Part shown: positions 1 through 15,464 of the stretch, piece after piece
Numbering within the stretch: the first letter of the stretch is position 1
Layout: each line of letters begins with the position of its first letter
Assembly: GCA_951406725.2 (NCBI GenBank)
Contig: OX597822.1
Span: 7,688,001-7,752,000, forward strand
Source of the DNA: Octopus vulgaris
Taxonomy: Eukaryota
Length of the DNA: 64,000 nt
Direction: 5' to 3'
Notes under the pieces: model-generated
Databases searched by the model: none
Told to the model about the DNA's origin: nothing
The model's input: only the letters and a program-made list of their open reading frames with translations
Program-made: the position numbers and the translations under genes

Positions 1-667
1 TGTTCTGAGTGTAACGTACTTTTTTATCTTTCAGTATTAGTGCCACACGTTAAACCACTCATATATATTTGTGCATATGTAAACGTACACAAACACAGAC
101 ACACACGACACATACACATATACATATAACTATGTGTATGTATATGTGTGTGTACTTGGAAATGGCTGCGTAGCGTTCAATTAAATAATTAAAAAAAAAT
201 AAATATGTATATGCATATATGGGTACGAGACATTACTAACTGTGTAAACAACACGAAGTAAGAAAAAAAAGAGTTAAATAGGTAAACGGCGAGAGAAAAA
301 AATGGAAAACAGGACAGGTAAACGCAGAGAAAGACACTCCATCAGTTGTGGTCTGTGTATCTACTCCTCATTTCGTGCATGCAACGACAAAATGAGTCTC
401 AAAAACAGTTGCTCCCATAAGTTCCAAAAAGAAATCTTGGATTTATGGAGGGCTAAAGTTGGGAACGAAAACAGGTCGGTGGAGATATACAAGGGCACTG
501 AACGAAAACAAACATGGAGAGTCATTGGACCAGAAGGAGAGGAAACTAGTGAACGCACGGAGTAAATACTAGAGTATAGAGTAGCATGAAAAAGAGTAAG
601 ATAAACTTGTAAATGCGTGCGGGACATTCAATTAAATAATAATATGAAGTATATATATATATATATA

Positions 668-740
<73 letters not shown>

Positions 741-1840
741 GAGAGAGAGAGAGAGAGCGAGAGAGAGAGAGAGAGAAGAAGCAAGAATACTGCAGATTCA
801 GTATAATCCGCGTGGCAAACTTATGACTTGAAAATATGCGGAAAACATAAAAAGTGGAAGAGAAATGACTTCGTTTCACATAGTTTAATATCTTTTTATA
901 AAGAAGTTTTTAAAAATGTATCCGTATTTTATGGATGTAATGATAACCAACGACTTTTCGCAATTTCACAAAGGTACCTTACAGTTCCCTGTCCAGTCAC
1001 GCAGTGTAAAGACATTCTTTTCTTTTTCTAATACATCTTATTTCACTGAACGTCGAACTCGCTTCGGACAAAACTAGTTTCTCCTTGAAGATTTTTTACT
1101 CCAATGAATCGCCTCCAGCGATAATTTTGATTTCAATCCTGGTAGTCATTCTAAACTCTTTGGCAGACTGCTTTGTTTCGGTTATATAAACATAGCGATA
1201 CCAGTTGTCAACTGGTGGTGGAAGACTAACACAGACATAAAGACACACACATACACACACACACACACATGCACACGCATATACGTGCATGCACACACAC
1301 ACATATCTACACACACACTCATGTAAAGATGTCTAAAGAAAATTAAGGAAATATGTAGTAGTCATATAAAATATTTTCATTATATTGCATGTAAGTACTA
1401 CACTTAGCAGTACAGTGTGCCGATGACCCTGGAGATATTCCAGCAGAATTTCTCGGGATTGGTGACCAGAGAAGAGCGTGATAGATAGGAGCGCTTAGGG
1501 CGAGCATAAAGAAGGTTTCAATGAGGCGACGAGACAACGTGAGACGAAGTATTAAAATGGGAGTTTGCTGAATTATTACGGAGCGCTGGAATCAGATTTG
1601 AGAAGGTATGGTGATGGTAATACATACCCACATGTAAATACAGGCACATGCACACATACGCGCATGCGCCTAGAGACAGAGAATCACTTAAAGATACTAG
1701 TTGAGTTTTAAAACCTCCCTAGTTTGTCTTCAATGTATGGAACTGTTAGTACTTATACCTACAACAAACTCCATATATTATAGAATATTGTTTTCTCTCA
1801 CCAGATGGAGGAGTTGATCTTATCATAACGGAAAGTAAAC

Positions 1841-1871
<31 letters not shown>

Positions 1872-2039
1872 ATGTATATGTGTGTGACATTGTGTGTATA
1901 TATATATATAAAACTCAACTTGTGTGTCTGTGTGTGTATATGTGTGTTTAACTTCCCGGCACATCTTCTCCTAGCAAACAAAACGTAGAACCACCAAAAA
2001 TGAGTCACTTAAAGTTTAGGCGAATGAAAATTGAAGTGC

Positions 2040-2722
2040 GCTATTTCTGTTCCGAAATTCATCTCGAAAGTGCAAAAATCGACAATGTGTTTGTTTAGGC
2101 CTTATCTCATGTATTGAATAGTGAACTTTACTCAGTCAGCTGTTTGACGTGAACTGTGTTCACCATGCGTGGAAGTATGCGTAAATTGCTTGGAAAATAA
2201 AAAATCAAGATATAAAAACGAATCGCCGTAAACATTGTAGAAATTCAGCAAAGAAATGAATTTTCTGGATGTAGCCTGGAGGGGTTTTTCGTATTAATCG
2301 TTTGGACTTTGTGAACACATACCAATTGTTTTCATAACATTTCTAACGCTTTGTATTAAATGTGACCATTTTGCGTTGAGTCTGCAGTTTGAATCACTTT
2401 AACCAAATTTTAGCAGGCCGGATTTTTGATCCTCACGATACATCGCCAGCGACTCCCTGAAACTCTTCCCTGAAATCCCCGTTGAGAAATACTGATCTAA
2501 AAGAATAATTCAATAATGCAATTATTTGATCAACAAAAATTTATGAAACGCTTCTACGTACTTCCTATTGAGGAAATGGAACACATAAGCGCAAAAATAG
2601 AAGGCATTAAATGCTTGATTTTATAACCAAAATAATTGAATTTTGATTGAACTACATCCAAGTTTAGCTTAATTCGCGTGTGCATAGAACGCACGAGCGC
2701 AATAGCCGGGCAATACTGCTAG
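2040..2722 (+). mobile_element. Helitron-like non-autonomous element, 3' portion (5' limit uncertain)
   Basis: Ends in GC-rich ...gcacgagcgcaatagccgggcaatactgCTAG followed by T/(TA)n, typical of a Helitron 3' terminus. Confidence 0.45.
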
Positions 2723-4042
2723 TATATATATATACATACACAAATACAGGGAAATAGAAGACAATAGTAATGAGTAGCATGATACAAGATGACACGACAA
2801 ACAACGTGGATTGGATTATATATTAGTTTCTGGCATTAAAAATCATCTGCAGCGATTATCTTTTTTTTAAAATCCAGCTTCTACTTTATAACATGAAAAA
2901 ATGTTTGTTATATATTTGTATTAATGCATATTCAATGTTCATTAATTCTAATATTTTACATTATCTTATAAACAAGGAAATGCGCATTTTCTTACGACGC
3001 CGTCATACTGTGATAAATTAGACGACGTTATTTGTGAGACACTTTTGTCTCCGGAGCATCTCATAAAAATAAATGTCCTTCCACACACTTTAAAATTTTT
3101 GGGGTGGCTGCTTCCTGTCAGTCCGAATTATTTACATTGATGAGTTATTTTCCTGTACATATTCTCAAGTTATATATTTCACTGTTTTACATAACATTTA
3201 CCAGAAATTTCTTTTTGTGTACTAAGTTTCTATTATCTAATACAATTAAACCTACCTGCCCGAATAAACCTTCCGACAACTAAAATTATCGTTCACTTTG
3301 ATTTAATTCCAGCTTTCTCTCGAATTTCAGATTCCACCCTAAAATCTCGCCGAATTATATCTCTTACACATATACAGACAACTTATAATACCAAGTAATC
3401 TCTTCTGATCCCAATTTCATTGCTTTCGTTAGCCAATAAGATATCAAAGTTGACAACAACTCCACTAGAACTACCAATCGAAGCTTTCTAGAAGTAATAT
3501 GGTAACTTCTACATTTCTCGTGAATGTATCGTAAAAAGAAAACTAAATCAAAGCTTCCTCTTTTCTTAGACTGTAATATCCTATTGTACAGAATAACATG
3601 CCAAACACGTTGCTTTCCCTGCTAGTCTATGTATCACAGTCGAAAGTATTCTCTTAGTTAACGTTCGGGTTTATATCGTGCAAAGTAAACATTTACAGTT
3701 GTTGAATGTCTCTAGTGATAACTTACACGTGACTTTGAAATAATACTTGCAATATCCAATAAATACCCAAGAGACACATTGTGTGTAATGCGCATCCGAG
3801 ATCTAAGAAGTGATGTAATAAATTAATGGCGGTGAATTACATGGAAACGATTTCCACATATTTTATTACTTGTAATAACAGTGAGGTTTCGCCATGTTCG
3901 GACAAACGATACTGGCGATGTATTCGATAAAAACATGATCCAAATTAACGATAGTTCTACTCAGAAAAAGAGAATTTTTAATTAGGTTTTTGGCAACTAA
4001 CGGAAGAATTGATTAAATCGTTAGATATCCAAATTTACATAT

Positions 4043-4908
4043 AGGGGGACTGATCAATAAATATACGGACTGTTGCCACAGTAACGAAGCTAAACCACGC
4101 AGAGTAAAGCCGCTTAGCAAATATTGACTTTCACCTCTGTTGTGCATGTGCACTTAGATTTCATCTTCTAGCTCACTTCCGCTGTTTGCAGCAGTGTTTG
4201 GAGTATGATCATTGCATTGACAATGACAGAGAAAGTTGTCATGGTGATATCTGCTCAGAGGCCTAGGCAAAGTTGCAGAGTGTGTGGCGAGGAGTGTATG
4301 AGCAGCACACAAGTGTACGAGTGGTTCAAACGTTTCCAAGATGACCCACAAAATGTCGATAGTGATGTATGTTCCGGGAGGCCTACAACCAGCAGAGCTT
4401 AGCAAAACGTCGTAGATATGAGCGCACATGTGAGAGGAAATCGTTGAATCACCATTCGTGAGTTATCAGAAGATGTGCAGATTAGTTAGGATTCAATTCA
4501 GTCCATTATAACTCAAAATTTGGCGCATGTCTGCCAGTTTGTGTTTAGACTGCTTTCAGCTGACTAAAGAGACACTCGCGTTTCAGTTGCATAAAATCTC
4601 CTTGACTGTGTCGAAGACGACGTAAACTTTTCGAGAGGGCTACTTTGCGTAGGATTCTCACCAGGTATCGCCAAGATTCGGGCAAAATTTGATGCAGATA
4701 CGCTGCTCAACTTACTCTGTCGTCGTCATTGCAACGAACAAACGTTATTTCCAAGCACCGCTGTAAATATCGGAAGTGGACATGAACGTTAAAACGTAGT
4801 GCGCAAGCTCAACAGAATTGAAGGTCAATCTGCGCCAAGCGGTTTACTCTGCGTGCTTCAGCTTTGTTACTATGGCAACAGTTCGAATACTTATTGATCG
4901 GACTACAT
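4043..4908 (+). mobile_element. Internally deleted mariner transposon with ~110-bp terminal inverted repeats
   Basis: ctgatcaataaatatacggactgttgccacagtaacgaagct... is inverted as ...agctttgttactatggcaacagttcgaatacttattgatcgg; internal HTH remnant CMSSTQVYEWFKRFQDDPQNVDSDVCSGRPTTS...ITIRELSEDV. Confidence 0.85.
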
Positions 4909-4909
4909 A

Positions 4910-6416
4910 CACACACACACACACACACACACATTTGCACTCACATACACACACACACACACAACACACACACAGATATATGTACAGGTTCTGATCAAAA
5001 AGTATCGGGGCTAGTGGCATAAAGGCAAACCCACAACACATATCAATTCAGCCTTTAATCTCCCCTTCCAAGCAGTTACCTTCTGACGCCATACACTTGG
5101 ATCATCGTTGTTTCCGTTGATGGCAGCATTCTTGGAATTACCTTTTAGGGATAGCGACCGAACTGGCACGTCGCATTCTCTTAAATTTGCTCCACGTCTT
5201 CGAATTTCGTTCTTTTCGAATTGGATTTGATTTTTACATTGGTTTCGGGGTCATTGCCACAAACCTGTTGTGTGGATGCCCCCACACGATGAAGTAGGCT
5301 AGCCCAATACGTACATATAATGGGAGAAGCCTAGACGTCATGGAGTAGAGTAGAACAGAGCGGAGTCGAGTAGAGTAGCAGAGGCATCCGAACGTGCGAT
5401 ACAACAGTGGCGACGAGGATTTTGTGGCTCACACAGTCACTGTGTAGTATTGCAATATAACAAAACCTATGATTCATCACCTGTCATGTACCATTTTCAA
5501 AAGTCCTCGTCTTTCCCGACACAATCAAGAAAATCTTGCGCTGCTTAAATCCGATCTTTTTTTTTTTGAGACAAAAAGTCTCTACATACTTTACCTTCAA
5601 GCACTGTTACAAACAACAGAAGTGAGTGAGAACGTTATAACTTAGTGTGCCAAATGTCTTGACACACACACACACACATAACACACATTTGCACTCACAT
5701 ACACACACACATACACAACACACACACAGATATATGTACAGGTTCTGATCAAAAAGTATCGGGGCTAGTGGCATAAAGGCAAACCCACAACACATATCAA
5801 TTCAGCCTTTAATCTCCCCTTCCAAGCAATCACCTTCTGACGCCATACACTTGGATCATCGTTGTTTCCGTTGATGGCAGCATTCTTGGAATTACCTTTT
5901 AGGGATAGCGATCGAACTGGCACGTCGCATTCTCTTAAATTTGCTCCACGTCTTCGAATTTCGTTCTTTTCGAATTGGATTTGATTTTTACATTGGTTTC
6001 GGGGTCATTGCCACAAACCTGTTGTGTGGATGCCCCCACACGATGAAGTAGGCTAGCCCAATACGTACATATAATGGGAGAAGCCTAGACGTCATGGAGT
6101 AGAGTAGAACAGAGCGGAGTCGAGTAGAGTAGCAGAGGCATCCCAACGTGCGATACAACAGTGGCGACGAGGATTTTGTGGCTCACACAGTCACTGTGTA
6201 GTATTGCAATATAACAAAACCTATGATTCATCACCTGTCATGACCATTTTCAAAAGTCCTCGTCTTTCCCGACACAATCAAGAAAATCTTGCGCTGCTTA
6301 AATCCGATCTTTTTTTTTTTTTTGAGACAAAAAGTCTCTACATACTTTACCTTCAAGCACTGTTACAAACAACAGAAGTGAGTGAGAACGTTATAACTTA
6401 GTGTGCCAAATGTCTT
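4910..6416. repeat. Tandem duplication, two near-identical ~750-bp copies
   Basis: 4910-5660 and 5661-6416 both start in (CA)n, contain tacaggttctgatcaaaaagtatcgggg (mariner-like end) and end in cttagtgtgccaaatgtctt. Confidence 0.95.
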
Positions 6417-7237
6417 CAGGTTTTTTTATACTTAGCTTCGATATATTTTCTATATTATTGTCGTATTTGTTAATTAAAAATTGAAATACTTTGAGAAAAC
6501 ATCGTCTATATTTCCAAAATATTTCAAGACCTTTCGTCACTTAAATGAAGTTGTTGTGGGTAACACTTCCCCAACATAAATTCGCTTTCTCGTGAATTTT
6601 ATTAAGATTCTCCGAAGTTTGGAAATGTCTTCCTTATTCTTTTAATATTTTTGGAAGTCGGTGAATCTAATGACAGAACTTGTCTAGAATTTATATGCAT
6701 TTCTTTGGTTTCACATAAGACTGCTACAATTTAACAGAGATGTTGTCAACAAAATTATTTTTTTCAATAAAAGTAAAAAAGCTGTATCTTATATTTCTTT
6801 TGGTACAGAATATTGCAAAAATTTAATAAAAATATGAACAGATGCTTTGATATTTTGTTTTACTTTACAGTGAAACAATTTCCCCCGTCATACCATCAGC
6901 TGCTCTTGCTCTTAATAAATATATATGCCTAGCTTTTTGCACAAACATGAAAAAAAAATATTTCTACAGAAAAGAAAAACAGAAATAGAACGTTACGTGT
7001 AGTTGAGACAATATCTAGAGAAAGAATGGAGCATTAAAACGTTTCCTAATTATCTACCTAATGTTACAATCCACTGTAAGAGAAAACAACGGGTTTGCAG
7101 ATGATATAGTCCCATAATATTTTAAATGCACTTCAATTGAAAACTGAAATTTCCTTTACCTCTTAAGTATCAAATAATACTCTCTGCGTGAAAATGTCAA
7201 CACAAATACTATATATATATATATATATATATAAGAT

Positions 7238-7558
7238 CATTCCGTCGGTTACGACGATGGGGAGCCCAACTGATACGATTAACGGAACAGCTTGCTCGAG
7301 AAATTAACGTGCAAGTGACTGAACTGAGCAATCCACAGACACGTGTGCCCCTAACATAATTCTCAGGGAGAATAAGCGTGATACAGAGCGAGACACGGCT
7401 GACCCTTTGGAATACAGGTATAACTCATTTTTGCCAGCTGAGTAGACTAGAGCAACGTGAAATAAAATGTCTTGCTCAGGGACACAACGCGTCGCCACGA
7501 ATTGAACTCACGACCTTACAATCGTGAGCCGAATGCCCTAAGCACTAAGCCACGCGTC

Positions 7559-7560
<2 letters not shown>
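7238..7560 (-). mobile_element. tRNA-derived SINE (family C, CORE-like middle)
   Basis: Minus strand gacgcgtggcttagtgcttagggcattcggctcacgattgtaaggtcgtgagttcaatc (A/B boxes); tail shared with 34849-35213. Confidence 0.85.
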
Positions 7561-7600
<40 letters not shown>

Positions 7601-7603
7601 TAT

Positions 7604-7646
<43 letters not shown>

Positions 7647-7718
7647 ATATATAAAATATATACATACATATATACATATCCATATCTATCTATATATATA
7701 TATATATGTATCTATGTG

Positions 7719-7764
<46 letters not shown>

Positions 7765-7849
7765 CAAACACACACGCATATATACGATGAGGATAAATAT
7801 CCGTCAAATATAAATAATGTACCATATATGTATATATATATATATATGC

Positions 7850-8165
7850 TGTTGAAACTCCCTTCTGTCAGGAATGACCATGGGATTGCACCTAGAAAGT
7901 TACCCTCCCAGGCACAAGTCCGAGCAAGGTTTTTTTTTTATTGAAGGCCAGCAGTCACGCATGCATATCAGCCTCCGTTCTCCACGCCACCAGTGTTATC
8001 CTAGGGTAAGGTAAAGGCCGATACAGCTTGGCAACTGTGACGTCACAACTCATCTCTACAGCTGAGTGAACTGGAGCAACGTGAAATAAAGTGTCTTGCT
8101 CAAGAACACAACACGCAGACCGTTCCGGGATTGGAACTCACAACCTCACGATCGTAAGCCCGACC
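7850..8165 (-). mobile_element. tRNA-derived SINE (family C variant, different tail)
   Basis: Shares gagtgaactggagcaacgtgaaataaagtgtcttgctcaagaacacaa with the 7238 and 15465 copies; B box gagttccaatccc. Confidence 0.8.
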
Positions 8166-8169
8166 CCCC

Positions 8170-8218
<49 letters not shown>

Positions 8219-8269
8219 TATATGTACATATATATGTATATATATATATATATATAATTGTCAAAGAGG

Positions 8270-8830
8270 TATATACAAGGTAAACATCAAGTCATATACA
8301 GTATTACTACTGGAAAAAAATTCGAAGCCTTACTGCTGTTTCTGGGATATCCCGGAGTATGGCATATTCCGTCATCAGAGACAAATAGGGAAAAATAGGG
8401 AAAATACGTAGGGTATATAGTAATGGAATGACGACATAGATAAACGTAGTAAATGAATAAGGAGATGAAGAGAGAAGAATAAAGAAGGATAAACTTTCAT
8501 ATTTCATCTTTCCGATGATGTAGAGACAAATGCATAAGTCCACATATACACACATGGATCTACGCATGATTACTCCTAAGGAATTATGCAGTTCTTTCTA
8601 CAACATCGCAAAGAATATGAATTTTGAATTTTTTTGCTTTTTTATTCATCTCTTTATTCCTTTACTCCCTTCCTTTATATGGTCATTCCATTAATATATA
8701 CTCTTCTCATTTTCCCTATTTTCCCCTATTTATCTCTGATGACGACATATCCCATAGTAGGGGATACCCGAATGTTTTCAATAATAATAATGTATAAGAC
8801 TTGTGATATTTGCATTGGCTTAGCATTTGT
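8270..8830. mobile_element. Inverted pair of Penelope pseudo-LTR-like repeats
   Basis: About 8345-8500 is the diverged reverse complement of about 8630-8770; both contain tctCTGATGAcg. Confidence 0.6.
8327..8382 (-). ncRNA. Minimal type I hammerhead ribozyme-like motif
   Basis: Minus strand gtct CTGATGA cggaatatgccatactccgggatatccca GAAA cagcag TA aggc; stem I gtct/aggc. Confidence 0.55.
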
Positions 8831-9071
8831 TGTCCTCTTTAACAATCCTCTACGGAAATTTGCAATGGCCCCACATCTACCTTCTCGGTTATAACTTCGG
8901 AGTCCTAATTACCCGTTGCAGCACTTAGCGTACCTAATCGTTAAGATCACCTGTGAACTAAACCTCCCATACTTTGTACATATATATATATATACATACA
9001 TATTAGAGGGAAACCACTATGTGGACACCCTTATGCTAGAAATTTTTATTTTCTAACCCTCATTTAAAAAA

Positions 9072-9072
<1 letters not shown>

Positions 9073-9170
<98 letters not shown>

Positions 9171-9220
9171 ATATCTATCTATATATATATATATATATAT
9201 ATATATCTATATATATATAT
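9073..9220. repeat. (TATC)n/(TA)n microsatellite
   Basis: Read directly. Confidence 0.95.
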
Positions 9221-9342
9221 TATATTAAATTAGAGACAAAACCACTATTAGGCAAATCATACAATGAAAAACTTAAGCCAATACATAAGATTATTTAATT
9301 TATATGCATATATATATATATACATAACATATATATATATAT

Positions 9343-9388
<46 letters not shown>

Positions 9389-9884
9389 ATATATGTATTA
9401 TATATATATATATGCATGTGTGCTTGAATGTGTCTATTTTGATGTATGTATACATACGCTCTGCCAAAGAGATATGTTTTCTAGAACAGGGATGACCATT
9501 TATGGAAAATGGAAATATAAATAAATCATCACAGTTAGTTTACTTGCATGTTTGTGTCTCTGTGCACGAGCGTTTGTATTTGTGTGTATATGTCTGTGTG
9601 AGTATCTGTGCGTATACCTATATATCTTTTCTATTATCTTAAACTATTTTCTGTACAAATTTGGTCAAATGCGTCGTTTTCACTATTTATTTTCCCTTGC
9701 AATAGCCGGTTCTTTTGGTCGTGTTATTGTGTTTCCGGCTGCCTCAGATGCATAGATATTAAAAATTGCCAAGTGTAGTACAACGGCTTTGCTCTGAAAT
9801 GGTGAAACTATGTTTTACTTTTCTGAAAAAGCAACGTTTTGGATTTACGACACTTTTGCATAATTGCAGCGATATGTATATATC

Positions 9885-10165
9885 ATGATTCATCATTGTT
9901 CGACCGTAGTCGAACAATGGAATTTATTATGCTACGCCAGACTTCACGGTCCATCATAGCATTACGGTGGTCCTGTTGCTGGATGCCTGTATCTCTGGGG
10001 ATTACATCAAGGTAGGAGAGTGTGCGCCCTCTGGTATCGCGAGTAGATGGCTGCCAGAGGAGAAGAGTAGAAATAGCCTCGTTTTCAGCTCTACAACAAT
10101 GTCCAGCAAACTGGACTCTCTTACCTTTCACAAGAGATGATAAAGGTGGTAGTTCCCCATGTATA
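9885..10165 (-). mobile_element. RTE-clade LINE 3' end fragment
   Basis: Translation ELPPLSSLVKGKRVQFAGHCCRAENEAISTLLLWQPSTRDTRGRTLSYLD...AMMDREVWRSII matches the RTE ORF C-terminus; ends in a short atgaatcatga tail. Confidence 0.8.
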
Positions 10166-10634
10166 TATAGTCCCATGTGTGAATGTATGTTCGAGTGTCT
10201 TTAATTCAATGTATGATTCTTAATGTTGTTTTTCGGACTCGTAAGCTGTTGAAAACCAATATCCAGTCTCTGATGCATAATTTGCCAGTTCATTTTTCAG
10301 TAATTCCATAATGCATAGAAAATCTAAAGGTAAACATGAAAGTCTTTCAAAGGTTTCTCATTATCCATTCAAATGAACTTGTTTCTAGTAGCTGCGGCTG
10401 CTGTTATTGTTATTTAACAACACGCCGACTCTAATGGATGGAGAGCTATCTTTTTGTGTATTCTATCAATATCCGACACGGTTAATGGCATTTAATAACG
10501 TATACAATATCTAACAAGTCTATATTCTTACGGTTAACAAGCAGTGGTATTTGCAATACTTGGTAATTTGTAGCATGATGAAATACTGTATATAAACATA
10601 TGAAGAAATATGTGCTGGATTGAGGAAGGTGATG

Positions 10635-10683
<49 letters not shown>

Positions 10684-11434
10684 GAAAGATGAACGATTGC
10701 TATCCCAATGATATTTTTCATTGAAACAAGATGTCCATATTATAAATGAAGGCGATAATAAATTGAATAAACCTAGTATATTTATTATGTTGTTTAATGT
10801 ACTCTGAAATGATTAGGATCAAAATTATCCGTGGGTACAGATCAAAAGGAGATGAAACGAAATTATATAAGTAATTTACACCAGTTCTTTATCGTGTACG
10901 TTACACGAACACATTAAAATGTACGCAACGTTGGATATCAGATAACATAGTCAGCTATAATTTTCTGGCTTGTAATCATGTCTAACAATTTGCATATCTA
11001 GAACATATTCCAATGGTTATCATCGAAATTACACATTTAATCAAATAATCAGAATATATCTCTTCTACTCAACGCCTCTATATAATGTCCATTTCATTGT
11101 ATGATACATATAATAAAATATGATATATTAATTTGAAACATAATCATGCCAACATTGATAATCAGAATTTTCGTAAGGCATTTGATCTTTTTGTCAGAAT
11201 TCCTTTCTTGTTCTCCATGACTTTGGAATATTTTTGACTACACGATCCTCAGTCAAAGTTAAGAAATATATTTAAATACGACTTTGATAGATTTTCATAC
11301 AGGAAATCTATTCATATAGGTGTATCAATTTTTTTCCCTCTCGAAGATGCTTACACGTACACAGACGCTAATCACCAGACAATCACACATTCATATATCC
11401 ATACACGCCTACGTACTTATATATACATGTGTAT

Positions 11435-11469
<35 letters not shown>

Positions 11470-12689
11470 CACATTCATAAAAATATGTATTTGTGTGTGC
11501 GTCTGTGTATGTGCAGGAGTATGATTCTCAGTGTTTAAGTTACTTTTCCAATATTTTGGTATCAGATTTGCAAATACTTTTTCTACTTGCAGAACAATAT
11601 ATGTATCAATAATACCTAGAAGCAATATTAGTATTTTTTTTATTATATATGTGATGGAAGAAAAGAAGCTTATGTTAATATACCGAATAATCATTACTCT
11701 GATATCTATGGTTTAACAAATGGACTTTATTCCTTGCAGATATACTATATATTATCGCGTCTTGTTAGCAGTATGATTATCAATAATATTATATCTGTTC
11801 ATTGATTTCACATCTAGTCAACGCAATGTTACTCACAAGTAATATCAGACTATAAAGTTAGTAAAACAATGATAAAAGTTGTGACAATCATATTTGGGTT
11901 AGATATATAGCGGTCCAATATTACACACTCAATATCAAATGGTATAATCTCCGCATCCACTATTTCGCTGATTATTGTTGTAAGCTGGGGAAGAGATGTA
12001 GCGTTAACGGTGACGATGAGTTATGCTTACAGGCAAGAAAAACACAAGTATTCCTACAGTGTGGGAATGCATGAAAAGTAGAGAAATACCAGATGTAATT
12101 CTAAATTTTTGAAGAGCATTTCTACTATTAGACACAAAGAATAATGGCACCCTTTCCCGGCTTCCACATAATTCTAATCTACTCCAAATCTTTAGCTGAT
12201 AGGAGGCTATGATGCAAAATAATTGTCCAAGTTACCGCTGCTTGAATATTGTAGCAATTAGGAATCGAATTGCATTTTGTAATTTCATGCAACTGATTGC
12301 ACCCAATTAGGATTAAATGAGGTGTGCTTTCAGGTAATCCTATAGTTAAAGAATGTGTCCTTAAAATTAGAATGTTACAACCAATTTTTACATTTTATAC
12401 AATGACAGACAATAATAAACAGATTGGATATCATTCAAGAAATCCAAAGCAAATTGTTTGTTCTGCTTTAAGAAAGAATGGATCTTCTTACGCATCTAAT
12501 CGTTTTGAATGAGTTTTAGCTTCTAATCGTTAGTTATTTCAAGCTATTTGGCCAGAACAGCTGTCTTCATTTGGTAACAAATTTCAAAGAAAGTCATGAT
12601 TCGAAAGCCTTGGACTCTGGAAAAGTGAAGATGAATCACGTCTGAGTAAGCAGATTGTAAAATTTTTCAATCAGCTTAATATACCTTCA

Positions 12690-13155
<466 letters not shown>

Positions 13156-13514
13156 AATCCTATTTACTGGTGAACACGATAGACGTATTTTCAAACGCCC
13201 GAAGTAAGTCTTGTTTAAAACTTTAGTTTACAAATGCTCAATTTGCAGGCGATAGTAAACTGCAAGATGCCATACAAATAAGTATAAACACTTACCTGTG
13301 GGTACTAAATTGCCTTCGCGAAAGAACCACAACGGGAATATGATCATTTTCTGGGAAAAATTTAGATCAGTCAAGATAATATGCAAGAGATTCTATTTAT
13401 TCAATGGTATACACACACACACACGAACACACACATATAAACAGATACACACACACATACAAACACATACACACACACGCACAGGCACACATACGCATAT
13501 GAATATATATGCAT

Positions 13515-13523
<9 letters not shown>

Positions 13524-13611
<88 letters not shown>
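13524..13611. repeat. (GATA)n microsatellite
   Basis: Read directly. Confidence 0.95.
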
Positions 13612-13612
<1 letters not shown>

Positions 13613-13802
13613 GCAAATACTTATCCTAACAACCAGCACAATATATATGTAAAAATTTTGTCTTAAATCGTAAGAGAAAATATTATATCATTCTATATGT
13701 TTTGTAGAATGATACACTATGGAGAAATTCTTTCATGAGTAAAATTGTATAAATGAAATCTATGTATTGTGACTTATATATACATATATATATATATATA
13801 CA

Positions 13803-13950
13803 TATTTCTGTCTCCTTCTTTCTTTCTGTGTTCCTTTCTGTGGAAGAGCGTAGGTTCGAAAAGTTAAGGACATTTTCATTTTCCGAGAGTTATACTAATT
13901 TGTTGTCTTCATCACCTGTTTTCGTCTTTTGTTTTTCGTGTGAATTATCC

Positions 13951-13952
<2 letters not shown>
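13803..13952 (+). mobile_element. Solo pLTR-like repeat with degenerate hammerhead-like motif
   Basis: cctttCTGTGGAagagcgtaggttcGAAAagttaaggac; homologous to 24980-25215, 26520-26670 and 45718-45895. Confidence 0.55.
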
Positions 13953-14003
<51 letters not shown>

Positions 14004-14072
14004 GTAGATCGCGAATAAGTGAATAGAGGGCGATAGTGGGGGCGAAAAAGAGAGAAGAAACATAGATGGAAC

Positions 14073-14124
<52 letters not shown>

Positions 14125-14920
14125 GAGCTTACTTTGGGTAAATGTTTGAGATAAGTAGGAAAATAGCAAAAACATATGTACACGGCGTTTTCACTAAGTT
14201 TTACAGAAACTTTGTAAGCTAACGTGACGATTACACTATTTGTAATTATAAACAATATTAAGAGAATGTTAAAAACAAGCATATCTTGTGATATAGCTGC
14301 ATTTTTGCTTAAGTCAAAATTGTGTGACAAATGAACGAGCATGGTTATATGTACTTTATATTCACGTGTTTAATATGATACTAATCGTACCATTATTTTA
14401 AACATGATTATTACATTCATGTAGAATATATGTCGTGATTTAAGAATATATATAATTCTGGCGGAATATTAATTAATTTAATTACACCTACCTGTTTTAC
14501 AATGTTTTGCTATTATGTCTACCTGTATTCATAAAAGTACACGGCTCTATTCTGGAAGTAACTGAGATATATAATGAGATATCTATTATTGCGAAAGAAT
14601 ATATATGATACGGAAAATCAACAATATATATAATGATCAAAATGTGTGAAGTAAGACAGCACGTGGAAGAAAACTAATTACTTTGCAAAATACCTGCGAG
14701 CCTAGAAAGTGAACGAAATTAAGAAAATAAGAGATACCGATCTTAGCAATGCAGCCATTTGTATATTATCAAATAGATTTAAGAAAATAAAAACATAAAG
14801 AAACATTAAACATTAATAAGAATTATCTTTGACAATATTGATGGTTATAGTAGTAGCATTTGTATTTTCATTTAAATCTATTTTTAAGCAAACTGTTAAA
14901 TATATATATATATATATATA

Positions 14921-15085
14921 GGCGCAGGAGTGGCTGTGTGGTAAGTAGCTTGCTAACCAACCACATGGTTCCGGCTTCAGTCCCACTGGGTGACATCTTG
15001 GGCAAGTGTCTTCTGCTATAGCCCCGGGCCGACCAATGCCCTGTGAGTGAATTTGGTAGACAGAAACTGAAAGAAGCCTGTCGTA

Positions 15086-15144
<59 letters not shown>

Positions 15145-15370
15145 GTGTGTGTGTGTGTGTGTGTTTGTCCCCATAGCATTGCTTGACAACCGATTCTGGT
15201 GTGTTTACGTCCCCGTCATTTAGCAGTTCGGCAAAAAGAGACCGATAGAATAAGTACTGGGCTTACAAAGAATAAGTCCCGGGGGCGATTTACTCGACTA
15301 AAAAGCCGGTGCTCCAGCATGGCCGCAGTCAAATGACTGAAACAAGTAAAAGAGTAAAAGAGTAAAGAGA
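14921..15370 (+). mobile_element. tRNA-derived SINE (family A), full length, with internal (TA)n(TG)n
   Basis: ggcgcaggagtggctgtgtggtaagtagcttgc...ggcttcagtccc head; ccagcatggccgcagtcaaatgactgaaacaagtaaaagagtaaaag tail; six copies in the window. Confidence 0.9.
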
Positions 15371-15464
15371 GAGTGTGTGTGTGGAATTGTGAGTGCCATT
15401 GTCGGTTGAGGATTCTAAATATTTGCTCAAAAGATAGAGGTGTTAATCATAATACATACATTAT

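Noticed and set aside
225-630. Possible PLE 3' remnant
   Set aside because: Purine-biased and repeat-like, but no convincing protein or ribozyme motif
1400-1620. Possible CR1/L2 LINE fragment on the minus strand
   Set aside because: Too short and degraded to assign
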